Shown here: positions 27,807 through 37,145 of the stretch, one piece after another | Position numbering within the stretch: the stretch's first letter is position 1 | How the letters are laid out: each line of letters opens with the position of its first letter | DNA from: an uncultured archaeon | Lineage (GTDB): Archaea; Iainarchaeota; Iainarchaeia; Iainarchaeales; GCA-2688035 | Length of the DNA: 64,000 nucleotides | Assembly (NCBI GenBank): GCA_964354805.1 | Contig: CAYHBD010000030.1 | Coordinates: 18,337 to 82,336 of the forward strand | Reading direction: 5' to 3' | Made by a program: the position numbers and the translations under genes | Notes under the pieces: model-generated | Databases searched by the model: none | Seen by the model: only the letters and a program-made list of their open reading frames with translations | What the model was told of the DNA's origin: nothing

Positions 27807-28733
27807 TTAGATGGCATTGTGGCTTACGATGGGAAGGAAACTGTATTGCTCCCGCAGGTCTTCGTAATCTTCTGGCACCAGCCCAAACTCGATATTTCTC
27901 TTTATCTGCATGGGCATTTTTCTTCCGTAAATCCAAGAACGATAAGTTTCCCAGACAATATTCAAATCTCTAGCAGCCGCTCTCAGGCTTTTTCGGCAAT
28001 TTAAATTATATCTTAAAGCGCCCAAATACTGCTGTTTATCGTATGACTTGCATTTCTTGAGATATTCCACTGCCTCTGCCAACTTTTTACTTTTGTAGCC
28101 AATTGAAAAACCAACAAGCTCTTGATATTTTTCAAGATTTTCCAGAAGAGAGATTATCAGCTTGTCTGAACCGAATTTTTTTCTCAGCACTTTACTTTGG
28201 ATGCCAATGTCCCAAAGCAGCCGTTTAATTTTCTCCAATAAGGCAGTGTCTGCTTGGGTTATTACAATTTGTCTTCGATTATAGATAACATCCACACTTC
28301 CTTCTGAATCAGAAAATCCACGAATAAATCGCGCTTTTATGTTTTTATCTCCCTTAAGAACAAACTCTGGAATTTGCGCGTTGTTTTTTGTAAGCTTAGC
28401 CAATCGTTTTGCCAGGAGAGTGCTATAAGCATAGCAATTGTAATAGTATTTATCATCTACCGGCGCATCTATACCATAAGTCTTCTTAATCAAAGCTGCA
28501 AAATGAAGGCAAAAGTCTAATTCCTTAACACGCAATCTAATATAGCCCCTGTCATTCCTTAGGTGACCATCACCCAACATTATGCCAACTATCTCCGCTT
28601 CATCCAAAAGCTCTTCATAAGTCTGCGGAACCTCTATTTCTTTTAGATTTTTGGATTTCAAACAGAACCCCTTACAACAGTATTCACTTTTTATTATTAA
28701 AGCCCTTTGAAAGAGCGGGGTTCCGGTGGTCAT
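27807..28733 (-). CDS. Free-standing LAGLIDADG (DOD-type) homing endonuclease-like protein
   Basis: IVGIMLGDG and FIRGFSDSEG motifs; C-terminal HTH-like LRAAARDLNIVWETYRSW. Confidence 0.88.
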   Translation of the reverse strand: MTTGTPLFQRALIIKSEYCCKGFCLKSKNLKEIEVPQTYEELLDEAEIVGIMLGDGHLRNDRGYIRLRVKELDFCLHFAALIKKTYGIDAPVDDKYYYNCYAYSTLLAKRLAKLTKNNAQIPEFVLKGDKNIKARFIRGFSDSEGSVDVIYNRRQIVITQADTALLEKIKRLLWDIGIQSKVLRKKFGSDKLIISLLENLEKYQELVGFSIGYKSKKLAEAVEYLKKCKSYDKQQYLGALRYNLNCRKSLRAAARDLNIVWETYRSWIYGRKMPMQIKRNIEFGLVPEDYEDLREQYSFLPIVSHNAI

Positions 28734-28828
28734 AGGAAACCATCTCCTTTCATGTTCTTTAGAAGTTCATCAAATGAGAATCCATCTCCAAAAGGACTTC
28801 TTTTTTCTTCTGTAATCGAAAAACTCAT
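28730..28828 (-). CDS. 32-aa ORF translationally coupled to LAGLIDADG gene
   Basis: GGAGGTGA RBS; MSFSITEEKRSPFGDGFSFDELLKNMKGDGFL; ATGA overlap. Confidence 0.5.
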   Translation of the reverse strand: MSFSITEEKRSPFGDGFSFDELLKNMKGDGFL

Positions 28829-29066
28829 AGCATCACCTCCAATGTATTATGAATTTTTTCGTGGACGTCTTGCGAATTTTGGAGGCATTAAATTCTTTCC
28901 ACCGAGAAACAGAATTTAAGCGTGGAAAGATTTAAGCCGAGAAAATTCGAGTCCTAAGAAAAAATTCCAATATTGGAGGTGATGACATTTTTCTTACAGC
29001 AAATGCGAATGCCAAAAGCACATTGCCGGCGCAATAGTGAAAGTTGAAGAAGATTAAACGTCATTT

Positions 29067-29432
29067 CTATTGCTTCCGCAGGAACTCGTTTCCTGCAAAC
29101 GTTGTCTGCAGCACTGGCTGCTGCTCTTTTGCATAAGCCTTTTCCAAAGAGGCTGTGAAGCATTTTATTTTTTCAATCCACTCCAAATTCAGGCAGTATT
29201 CATTGTTTTCCTTCAATATAACGCCTTTCGCAGCCAGCTGGTTCAATGCCTTGTGGACAGCCTGGTATGAAACATGCAAAGCATACTGGCGGGTGACAGC
29301 GGAATAAATAGATTTTAAACTCAAAGGCCAGCGGCAGCTGAGAATTGCAACAACAGCATCCTTAACCTTTCCTTCACCTTCAAAGCCAGAAGGCGAAGCA
29401 ATTAACAGCATCGCCCACCCCCGACCTTTCAC
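29067..29432 (-). CDS. Winged-helix DNA-binding protein
   Basis: WPLSLKSIY...VSYQAVHKALNQL..KGVI. Confidence 0.75.
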   Translation of the reverse strand: MKGRGWAMLLIASPSGFEGEGKVKDAVVAILSCRWPLSLKSIYSAVTRQYALHVSYQAVHKALNQLAAKGVILKENNEYCLNLEWIEKIKCFTASLEKAYAKEQQPVLQTTFAGNEFLRKQ

Positions 29433-29468
29433 AGGCCATGTTATATAATACCCATCACCCCTTCCTTT

Positions 29469-29490
29469 TATACATTTGCATTTATGTATA
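29469..29490. promoter_or_regulatory. Possible operator upstream of wHTH gene
   Basis: TATACAT-N8-ATGTATA inverted repeat. Confidence 0.4.
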
Positions 29491-29544
29491 CACGTGAAAA
29501 AGGGGCAAAGAGCAAAAAAGGAATTATGTAGTAGGTGCTGTCCG

Positions 29545-30066
29545 CTATTCTTTCACAAAAATGCGGAACAAGCAGAATGGGTCGCCTTTTGCCCTGCACT
29601 TTATTTCCCTGCATTCAATGTTCTCTGCTGCAAAAGCGCTGGCTGCGCTGCCTGCAAGGAATCCGGCAATAAGAAAATCAACTGCAGCATCTGAAGGGTG
29701 CAGTGCTTTTGCAATATGGGAATCAGTCACTTTGACAAGCGCTTTTTTGTTCAGAGCATCAAATTCAATCAGTTCGCCTTTGCCCAGGCCAGCCAATGCC
29801 AAGGTGTTAAGGTCGAATTCGGTTTGCTTTCTTGCATCCATTTTGAATTTTTCCTTTACCGCCTTGCTGTGCCTGCTGCTTGATTCTTTTGCAACAGCGT
29901 AAATTATGTCACTGTATTTTTCCGGCTGGGCTTTGCGCAGTTCTGTCAAAAGGGTGCTGTAAAAGCTTACCGGGCTCATTGCCATGTTCTGGCCAAGCAG
30001 CTTTATTTCGCCTTCCTCGAAACTGATCTGGTTTGCCAAAAGCAATTGCTTTACAAAATTAAACAA
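29545..30066 (-). CDS. V4R domain protein
   Basis: GLGK, IAGFLAG, CREIKCRAKGDPFCLF. Confidence 0.87.
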   Translation of the reverse strand: MFNFVKQLLLANQISFEEGEIKLLGQNMAMSPVSFYSTLLTELRKAQPEKYSDIIYAVAKESSSRHSKAVKEKFKMDARKQTEFDLNTLALAGLGKGELIEFDALNKKALVKVTDSHIAKALHPSDAAVDFLIAGFLAGSAASAFAAENIECREIKCRAKGDPFCLFRIFVKE

Positions 30067-30165
30067 ACAACAACCACCTGCTGTTATAAAACAAAAGCCT
30101 GGAAAAAACTATAACTTAAATTTTCCCAAAAATAATAGGACCCTACTTTAATGAAAACCGGCAGG

Positions 30166-30924
30166 CTATGCCTTGAATTTGTCGCCTTCTGTAATTGTTA
30201 TGCCTTCCTCTGTGATGTTGTACGGCAGTATGTCTTTCTCGTAAGCGCTGTACCTCATTTTTCTCACAAACATGCTTCTGTAGTCCGCAATCCCGATCTC
30301 AAAATAGCGCAATATTATTACCCCGTCCGTAATGAATTCGCTTACTCCGTCACTACTCAAGGCTCTTGCATCTTCAGGCAGTTCGCTTGTAAGCAGGGTT
30401 GTTGTATTGTAGCGCTTCAATTCCGCAACCAGCTTGTACAAAATGCTCTTTGAAACAATCTGCTCTGTCCTCGGAATAGGCGAAATGTTTTCAGCAACCT
30501 GCACAAGGCTGAAACTGCCTTTCTGGCTCAAGCCTCCAATTATCAGCGCATCTGTCATTGTTGTCAAGCTGTCAATTGCAATCCTCTTGGGCTTAAAGAT
30601 CTTGATTGCTTCAAGCGCTTTTGCAAGAATGTCATCGCCCTGAGTAATGTCAAAGTAAACAATTTTGAGCAGGTTCTTTTTCTGCAGATCCATCAAATCC
30701 CAGCGAAATCCTTCAGCGTGCCGCTGCAGTTCAATGTCATCCTGCTCAGTGCTGATATACAGGCCTTTTTCCCCAAACATCTTTGCGCCATTAACAAGAA
30801 ACTGCAGGCAAAAAGTGCTCTTTCCAGTGCCGGCTCCGCCGCTCAGCAAAACAATGTTCCCCTCAGGAATTCCGCCTGTCAGCGCCTTATCCAAGCCCCG
30901 GATCCCGGTTTTCGTTCTAGCCAT
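30166..30924 (-). CDS. KaiC-like (RAD55) RecA-superfamily ATPase
   Basis: TGIRGLD, GGAGTGKS, IDSLT, EFITDGVI, VRKMR. Confidence 0.92.
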   Translation of the reverse strand: MARTKTGIRGLDKALTGGIPEGNIVLLSGGAGTGKSTFCLQFLVNGAKMFGEKGLYISTEQDDIELQRHAEGFRWDLMDLQKKNLLKIVYFDITQGDDILAKALEAIKIFKPKRIAIDSLTTMTDALIIGGLSQKGSFSLVQVAENISPIPRTEQIVSKSILYKLVAELKRYNTTTLLTSELPEDARALSSDGVSEFITDGVIILRYFEIGIADYRSMFVRKMRYSAYEKDILPYNITEEGITITEGDKFKA

Positions 30925-31044
30925 CAATAATATAACCGTTCACTGATATTTAAATCTTTCACTGATATAAGGCTGTTGTGTTGTCATGAATTAATGTTCT
31001 CCAACAATTAATGCAGCACATTCCTGTGCGCAAACTGCCCTGTT

Positions 31045-31611
31045 TTAAATTTCCAGCTGCAATTGCTGCTGGACTCTTTTGTCCGAGAAATCGAAAAGGT
31101 GCTGTTGTTTTACAATGAATTCGCAGTCGGCTTCTCCCAATGCAGTGCAGTGGGTTTCAACGCAGTCAACATCTGAAGCAAAGGCAGAGCTGAAAATGCC
31201 CGCAATCACCCCTCTCAAAAGGTGGTCGGCTGGCATCGAGGGCTTTTTGTGCAGCCTTGATGCAAAGGGGTTGTTTGCCACCTTGACTATTGCTTTTTTT
31301 GTTTTGAAATCAAGGTCAATGCTTTGCAGCATTCCCCAGCCAGAGGCAGTAAAAAACTTGTTCAGGAAATCAACCATTTGCGCTGATTCAAGCCCGAAAC
31401 CAAATCCAAACTGGGAAACCAGGTTTTCTTTGACGTTTTTTCGCACGCTTGCATACAGCTGTTTTTCAAAATCGCAGTCTCCAGTGGAAAGCAGCGCGCT
31501 CAGGACATCAACAGGGCAAATGAGAAAGGGCACGTTCATCAGGAAAAACTGGTTTTGCCTGTACTGCAATGCATTGGTGAAAATGAACCTGTCCAAAAAA
31601 TTGTTGAGCAT
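31045..31611 (-). CDS. V4R domain protein
   Basis: SGWG, RGVIAG, CVETHCTALGEADCEF. Confidence 0.87.
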   Translation of the reverse strand: MLNNFLDRFIFTNALQYRQNQFFLMNVPFLICPVDVLSALLSTGDCDFEKQLYASVRKNVKENLVSQFGFGFGLESAQMVDFLNKFFTASGWGMLQSIDLDFKTKKAIVKVANNPFASRLHKKPSMPADHLLRGVIAGIFSSAFASDVDCVETHCTALGEADCEFIVKQQHLFDFSDKRVQQQLQLEI

Positions 31612-31696
31612 TATTGGCACCTTCCGAATTTTTCCGCTTTGGGCAGAATAATAATCGCTCTTTTATTTAAATAGTTTTCCTATTTTATTGATTTAG

Positions 31697-32620
31697 ATGA
31701 AAACAATCACAGTTGACCTGCATACGCACCTGATTGAGAAGCGGGAGAAGCCTGAGCGCTATTGGAGGGCGGTGAAGGCAAAAAAGCTGGATGCTGTTGC
31801 AATAACAGAGCATTTTGATTGCAAGCCGGAAAAGGCATACCAAATGCTTTTGGAAAAAAAGCCCAAAGCTGCTTTATTGCTCCCTGGAATGGAGCTGCAG
31901 ACAAGCATTGGGCACGTTCTTGCTTTTGGCAAAAGCGATGAAATTTTTTCAATTGAAAAACTGTTCGAGAAAAAGCTGCCTATAAAAAAAGCAATTCAGG
32001 TTGCGCAAAAAAACGATTTGCTTTTGAGCATTGCACACCCCTGGGGATTGAGCTATGACAGCGCTGCATATTTGATGGGGGAAAAGCGATTGCACAAGCT
32101 GGTTACAGAAGGCGAAATTGGGGTTGAGGCATTCAACGGCATGTTCGGGCAGATCGGATACTTTTTTTACGGCACAAGCTGGGTCAGGAAGCCATTGAAT
32201 TTTTTCGATTTTTTGGAGAAAAGCAGGATTGGAAGGAAAACAAGGCTGAGCAGGCTCGGCAGAAAAGCCAGGGAAAAGCTTGACAAAAAAGGCAGGGAAA
32301 TCATTGAGAGATGCGTCAAGCCGCTTGAGCTGGCGCAGCACGCAAGTTTTTTCACTGCTGGCAGCGATGCCCACAGCCACGAGATGATTGGCGCAGGCGT
32401 GATGAAAATAAAAATTTCCGGAAGGCTGAGTGAAAAAAACATTTTGGGTGCGATGCAGCAGAAAAAGAACATTGAGTTTGTCGGGCCCTTTGTTAAAAAA
32501 ACAAAGGCTGGAAATTACGGCATTGCAATGCAGCAGCTGCGCAAGAAACAGTTTTTGTCGGGCTTGCGGTATGCAACAAAGAGGGCGGTTGTAAAAAAGC
32601 TGAGGCTGCGGAGAAAGTGA
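31697..32620 (+). CDS. PHP-family metal-dependent phosphoesterase
   Basis: DLHTH, AITEH, PGME, AHP, GSDAH. Confidence 0.88.
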   Translation: MKTITVDLHTHLIEKREKPERYWRAVKAKKLDAVAITEHFDCKPEKAYQMLLEKKPKAALLLPGMELQTSIGHVLAFGKSDEIFSIEKLFEKKLPIKKAIQVAQKNDLLLSIAHPWGLSYDSAAYLMGEKRLHKLVTEGEIGVEAFNGMFGQIGYFFYGTSWVRKPLNFFDFLEKSRIGRKTRLSRLGRKAREKLDKKGREIIERCVKPLELAQHASFFTAGSDAHSHEMIGAGVMKIKISGRLSEKNILGAMQQKKNIEFVGPFVKKTKAGNYGIAMQQLRKKQFLSGLRYATKRAVVKKLRLRRK

Positions 32621-32679
32621 TTTGAATTGATTGTGATTGATGCAAAAAAAACTGCATTTTGGGCTGGAAGTGATTTCAT

Positions 32680-33090
32680 TTGATTGCTGCTGTTTCGCCT
32701 GATTCAAAGCTTGGTGATGTGCCTGCTGATGCAGCTGAACTGCATTTGGTAAGACCAGTGAAAAGCGAATTGCTTTCAGGGATTCTGCGAAAATGCAGTG
32801 CGCTTGAAAAAGTTACTTTGAGCAAAAGCTGCCTGCGCAGGATGCCTGCACAAAGCAGGCAATTGCTGCTGGAAAAGGGAATTGCGTTGGTTGAGCAAAA
32901 CAGGCCAGGCAGGCCGATTGGCTTGCCATTGCAGAAGATGCTGCACGCGCTTGAAATGAGGAAAGACTACCAGACCCTGCGCGAAATTGAAAGAGTTACA
33001 GGGATTCCAAAAAGCACTGTGCATTATTTGCAGAGATATGCCCAGAGGACAAAGATTAAAAACGGAAAAAACATAGTCTATCTAAAGTGA
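32680..33090 (+). CDS. DUF1699-like protein with C-terminal HTH
   Basis: LHLVRP, GRP, TLREIERVTGIPKSTVHY. Confidence 0.65.
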   Translation: MIAAVSPDSKLGDVPADAAELHLVRPVKSELLSGILRKCSALEKVTLSKSCLRRMPAQSRQLLLEKGIALVEQNRPGRPIGLPLQKMLHALEMRKDYQTLREIERVTGIPKSTVHYLQRYAQRTKIKNGKNIVYLK

Positions 33091-33099
33091 GGGAGAAAA

Positions 33100-33426
33100 A
33101 TGCCTAACGAATTTTTTAAGCAGATGGTGCTTGATTTGACCAGAAAGGGTGCAGTTGAAAAGGTGCGCTTTTTGAAAAACCTGCACAAAAAAGTAATGCC
33201 CTCGCAGTTTGAAAAAATCAGGAGAAATGACAAAAAAGTAATGCAGGAACTTTTTTTGCCAAAATGGCTTTCTTGGGAACTGCTTAGAGCATGGGCTGAC
33301 AATGTAACGCCAATCGGAAAAGGAAGGGCATGCGCTTTATGCGATTTAAAAAGCGATCTTGGAATCATGTTCAATGAAAAATTCGTCTGCGAAAACTGCT
33401 TCATAAGGCTGCATCAGCTGAAATAA
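33100..33426 (+). CDS. Hypothetical protein with C-terminal zinc finger
   Basis: CALC...VCENC. Confidence 0.65.
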   Translation: MPNEFFKQMVLDLTRKGAVEKVRFLKNLHKKVMPSQFEKIRRNDKKVMQELFLPKWLSWELLRAWADNVTPIGKGRACALCDLKSDLGIMFNEKFVCENCFIRLHQLK

Positions 33427-33430
33427 CTGG

Positions 33431-34099
33431 TTATTCCCTTTCTCCAAACAAAGCAGTGCCCAAGCGCAACATCGTGCTCCCTTCCTCGATTGCAATTTGG
33501 TAATCATTGCTCATTCCCATGCTCAGTTCGCGCAAACCAAGCTGCTGGGCAAGCTGCCTCATTTTCTTAAAATACTGCCTTGTCTGCTCCGCAGGCAAAA
33601 GGGGAGCCATGCAGAACAAGCCTTTCACCTGCAAATTGGGCAGTTTTTTTATTTCATTATAAAAAGAGGGAACATTCTCCGGCAGCACGCCGAATTTGCT
33701 TTTCTCAGCGGCAATATTCACTTCAATAAAAACTGGGAATTGCTTTTCCGCTGCATCATTTATTTTCCGGGCGAGCTTTAACGAATCAACGCTCTGAACG
33801 CACGAAAACAATTCAACAGCTTGCAGGACTTTGTTGCTCTGCAGGTGCCCGATGAAATGCCATTCAACTCTGCCGCCGATTTCTTTTATTTTTTGCTCTG
33901 CTTCCTGCACATAGTTTTCTCCGCAGATTCGAATGCCTGCAGCAATCGCTGCATTGATTTTTTCAATTGGCTGGGCTTTAACCGCTGCAAGGATTGAAAT
34001 TTCATCTGCATCTCTGCCTGCCTTTGCGCAGGCAGCTGCAATGTTTTTCTTGATTGCAGCAAAATTCTGGTTTATTTTTTCAGCAGATAAATTTTGCAT
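33431..34099 (-). CDS. yggS: YggS/PLP homeostasis protein
   Basis: GENYVQE, WHFIGHLQSNK, LSMGMSND, GSTMLRLG. Confidence 0.95.
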   Translation of the reverse strand: MQNLSAEKINQNFAAIKKNIAAACAKAGRDADEISILAAVKAQPIEKINAAIAAGIRICGENYVQEAEQKIKEIGGRVEWHFIGHLQSNKVLQAVELFSCVQSVDSLKLARKINDAAEKQFPVFIEVNIAAEKSKFGVLPENVPSFYNEIKKLPNLQVKGLFCMAPLLPAEQTRQYFKKMRQLAQQLGLRELSMGMSNDYQIAIEEGSTMLRLGTALFGERE

Positions 34100-34456
34100 A
34101 TTTATCCTCTGTTGCATTTCGTAACGCGTCTGCAAAAGCATTTTTTGTTTTTGCCGAGCTGTTGTTAGCCTCAAGGTAAAAGAAAAGAAATTACCAGTTT
34201 GGCCTTCTTTGCTCTTGCTGCATCCTGTAATGGCAGCCTGGGCATTCAAGAGTCATAAGAACCCTGTCGCCGGCCAATTCAGCGAAATCAACGGCTCTCA
34301 TTTCTGTTCCGCATTTCGGGCAGCGCATTTGAGGTCAAATGATTTATGGGGGGCAATTGTTTAAAAGGATAATTTGGCAGGAGGGGATTCAGCGAAATAT
34401 TGCTCGGCTTGGGAATTGTTTTAAAAGGATAATTCAGGGTTTTTATTTTGGTTCTT

Positions 34457-35134
34457 ATGGCAATAAAGGCTGTTTTGTTTGATTTGGATAACACTTTGGT
34501 TGACTTCATGCGGATGAAGCAGCTGTGCAGCGAGGCTGCGATTCACGCAATGAGGGATGCCGGCTTGCAAATGCAGCATGGCAAGGCATTGCGCTTGCTG
34601 TTCAAATTGTATGAGAAGCACGGGATTGAAGACCAGAAAATTTTTGAGAAATTTTTGCGAAAAGCGATTGGCGCTGTTGACTACAGGATTCTGGCACAGG
34701 GTATTGCCGCTTACAGGAGAGTAAAGGCAGGCTACCTGGTCCCTTACCCCCATGTCAGGGAAACACTGATTAAGCTGAAAGAAAATGGCATTGCGCTCGG
34801 AATAGTGAGCGATGCCCCGAGAATGCAGGCATGGCTCAGGCTGGCTGAAATGAATTTAACCGAATTCTTTGATTTGGTGATTGCATTGGAGGACACAGGG
34901 CAAAAAAAGCCGAGCAAGCTGCCTTTCAGGCAGGCGATAAAAAAACTGCGCATTAAGCCAAAAGAAATTCTTTTCGTCGGAGACAACCCGCAAAGAGATA
35001 TAAAGGGAGCGAAAAGCGTTGGAATGAGGACAGCCCTGGCGCGCTATGGGCAATTGATGAAAGGAAAAGCAAAAGCGGAATTTGTTTTAAACGACATAAG
35101 CGATTTGGCAAAAATAGTAAAGACGTATACATAA
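34457..35134 (+). CDS. HAD-superfamily hydrolase
   Basis: FDLDNTL, KKPS, VGDNPQRDIKGA. Confidence 0.92.
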   Translation: MAIKAVLFDLDNTLVDFMRMKQLCSEAAIHAMRDAGLQMQHGKALRLLFKLYEKHGIEDQKIFEKFLRKAIGAVDYRILAQGIAAYRRVKAGYLVPYPHVRETLIKLKENGIALGIVSDAPRMQAWLRLAEMNLTEFFDLVIALEDTGQKKPSKLPFRQAIKKLRIKPKEILFVGDNPQRDIKGAKSVGMRTALARYGQLMKGKAKAEFVLNDISDLAKIVKTYT

Positions 35135-35148
35135 CAGAAGTTGTTTGC

Positions 35149-36150
35149 TCAAGTGTACTCCTTAAACATGAAACCTTTGTTTTTTTGAAAAAATTCCCTT
35201 GCCAGCTCTATGCATTTCATTAACGCAGCTTTTATGTCTTCTCCTTCTCCGTTGAAGCCTGCTGCGCCTGCATGGCCTCCGCCGCTCCCTGGATAGAATG
35301 CAGGCATTTTTTGGAAAACGTCTTTTGCCAAATCAAACCCTGTTTTTTTCAAAACGTGCTGTGCTGCCCTGCCGCTGATGCGAAGCTTTCCGTCATCGCT
35401 GTCGCCGGCAAATGCGATGTCTGCGCCGATTTTCACCAGTGTTGATGCAGCATCAGCTTCAAACGCCCCGATGTCTGCTGTTGCCGCAATGAAATCGTTA
35501 ATCCTGAATATCCTGCTTCTTTTCGCTGCTTTCAATGCAGCAATCTTTTGGTCGAATGTTAATGGAGCTGAGAAAAGGCTAAGCAGCCAGCTCAGGTTTT
35601 TTTTGTTCTTTTGCATTACTGCCGCCATTATTGCAAATGTTTTGCTGTTTGCTGTCTGAAAGTGGGCGCTGTCAGTTACAATGCCTGCTGCAATGCATGT
35701 TGCAATTCGTTCATCAATCGGAATGCGGTTTTTTTGCAGCAAGTCGAATACTATTTCGCAGCTTGCGACAGCTTCTGGGTTTATCAGGGCATTTACCCTC
35801 TTGCCGATTTTTTCGCCTGTTTTTTCGTGGTGGTCGATTAAATAGATTGGACCGTTAAAGCGCTTTATTGCGTCTGCTGCGCTGCCGGCCATTGAAAGAC
35901 TGTTGAAATCCACAAGGAAAAGGCAGCCAAAGCTTGAAATGTCATCGAATCCGTTTAAGTGGTACGGGATTTTTTGTTTTTCCGCAAAAGCTTTTGCTGG
36001 CTTTGCAATGTGTTGCGGAACAGCGATTTCCACTTTGTTTTTTTTGCTTAATGCGAAAGACAACCCCGCTGCTGCAGCAATTGCGTCAACATCGCAGCCT
36101 GCGTGCGTTACAATTAGGATTTTTTTTCCTTTAATGCTGCTAAGCTGCAA
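35149..36150 (-). CDS. DHH/DHHA1 phosphoesterase (NrnA-like)
   Basis: THAGCDVDA, IDHH, GIVTDS, GGGHAGAAG. Confidence 0.92.
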   Translation of the reverse strand: MQLSSIKGKKILIVTHAGCDVDAIAAAAGLSFALSKKNKVEIAVPQHIAKPAKAFAEKQKIPYHLNGFDDISSFGCLFLVDFNSLSMAGSAADAIKRFNGPIYLIDHHEKTGEKIGKRVNALINPEAVASCEIVFDLLQKNRIPIDERIATCIAAGIVTDSAHFQTANSKTFAIMAAVMQKNKKNLSWLLSLFSAPLTFDQKIAALKAAKRSRIFRINDFIAATADIGAFEADAASTLVKIGADIAFAGDSDDGKLRISGRAAQHVLKKTGFDLAKDVFQKMPAFYPGSGGGHAGAAGFNGEGEDIKAALMKCIELAREFFQKNKGFMFKEYT

Positions 36151-36256
36151 AGCAAAACCACTTTCCTGCCCAAGGGGTTACTATTAAATTACTGCAGAGT
36201 TAAAGCACAAGCCTATTTTTTCTTTTTCTGCCGCTTCTGCGGCGTCTGGCGCTGGC

Positions 36257-36631
36257 TTATTTTTTCTTTTCTTCTTTTTCTGTTTCTTTTACTATGTCTG
36301 TTGCTGCCCCTTGCTTTGATTCAATCTCTGATTTCAGCTTGTTCAGCTTGTTCACAAGGCTGTCTTCCTGCTTTTGCAGTGTTTTTACCCTTAAATCAGT
36401 TGATTCCTTTTTTTCCTCTAATTCCTTTTTCACAACTGGGGTGTCTGTCTGGATTAATATGTTTCCGACAGCTTTGTAGACGCGCTTTTCCTTTGTTTTT
36501 GCCAGCTCGTCCAGTGCCTGCTGCAATGCCGAACTCTGCATCTGCAGCTGCTGTTTTTGCCCTGAAACAGTGAACAGCTGTGACCTGCTTCTCTCGAATT
36601 CCCTGGCTTTCAATTCAATTCCTTCAACCAT
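36257..36631 (-). CDS. pfdB: Prefoldin subunit beta
   Basis: Coiled coil, VYKAVGNILI; superoperon position. Confidence 0.92.
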   Translation of the reverse strand: MVEGIELKAREFERSRSQLFTVSGQKQQLQMQSSALQQALDELAKTKEKRVYKAVGNILIQTDTPVVKKELEEKKESTDLRVKTLQKQEDSLVNKLNKLKSEIESKQGAATDIVKETEKEEKKK

Positions 36632-36634
36632 TTG

Positions 36635-36982
36635 CTATTCCTCCAAAATGCTTTTTGACAAAATAATCGAATTAACTATGCTGTTAACGCTTGCCCTCAG
36701 TGCGGTTGCATCTGATGCATTAATACCTATTTGCACTGCATTGTTTTTAATTTTAACATGTGTTGCGCTTCTCTTAGCATGCACTGCATTTAATTCTGGA
36801 CCAATTGCTTTCAAAAAAATGCCTGCTTCTTTTTTCGGCACAGCAATGCTGATGCTCAAATCAAAGCCTTTTTTGCTTAAGCCTTTTGCTTCGCAAAACC
36901 CTTGGGAAATTTGCTTCGCCTGCAAAAAACCCTTGGGAAAAGGGTTTTGCTTACGCAAAACATATTCCGGTGAATGCTGCAA
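36635..36982 (-). CDS. pcc1: KEOPS subunit Pcc1 with repeat-encoded N-terminus
   Basis: PE..., RS, INASDATALRASVNS. Confidence 0.85.
   Translation of the reverse strand: MQHSPEYVLRKQNPFPKGFLQAKQISQGFCEAKGLSKKGFDLSISIAVPKKEAGIFLKAIGPELNAVHAKRSATHVKIKNNAVQIGINASDATALRASVNSIVNSIILSKSILEE
36864..36960 (-). repeat. REP-like composite unit in pcc1 5' end
   Basis: GCGTAAGCAAAACCCTTTTCCCAAGGGTTTTTTGCAGGCGAAGCAAATTTCCCAAGGGTTTTGCGAAGCAAAAGGCTTAAGCAAAAAAGGCTT. Confidence 0.88.
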
Positions 36983-36988
36983 GCGCGA

Positions 36989-37123
36989 TTACCTCGCTTT
37001 GATGTTTTTTGCAATCGGTTCCCTGACTTTGTACATTATTTTGTAAGCGCAGACTGGGCAGCGCAGGATTCCTTCAGGCAGGGCGTTGATTACTTCACCG
37101 CATTTAGCGCATTTGTAAGGCAT
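36989..37123 (-). CDS. rpoP: RNA polymerase subunit P (Rpo12)
   Basis: YKCAKCG...RCPVCAYKIMYKVR; GGAGGT RBS. Confidence 0.93.
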   Translation of the reverse strand: MPYKCAKCGEVINALPEGILRCPVCAYKIMYKVREPIAKNIKAR

Positions 37124-37145
37124 TCTCATTACCTCCCAAAAAAAA

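Noticed and set aside
27807-28733. Intein or intron-encoded endonuclease
   Set aside because: No Hint motifs (N-terminal C/S, C-terminal HN) and no interrupted host gene or rRNA.
36147-36177. Degenerate repeat copy at the DHH gene start (GCAAAGCAAAACCACTTTCCTGCCCAAGGGG)
   Set aside because: Partial similarity only and no terminal hairpin.
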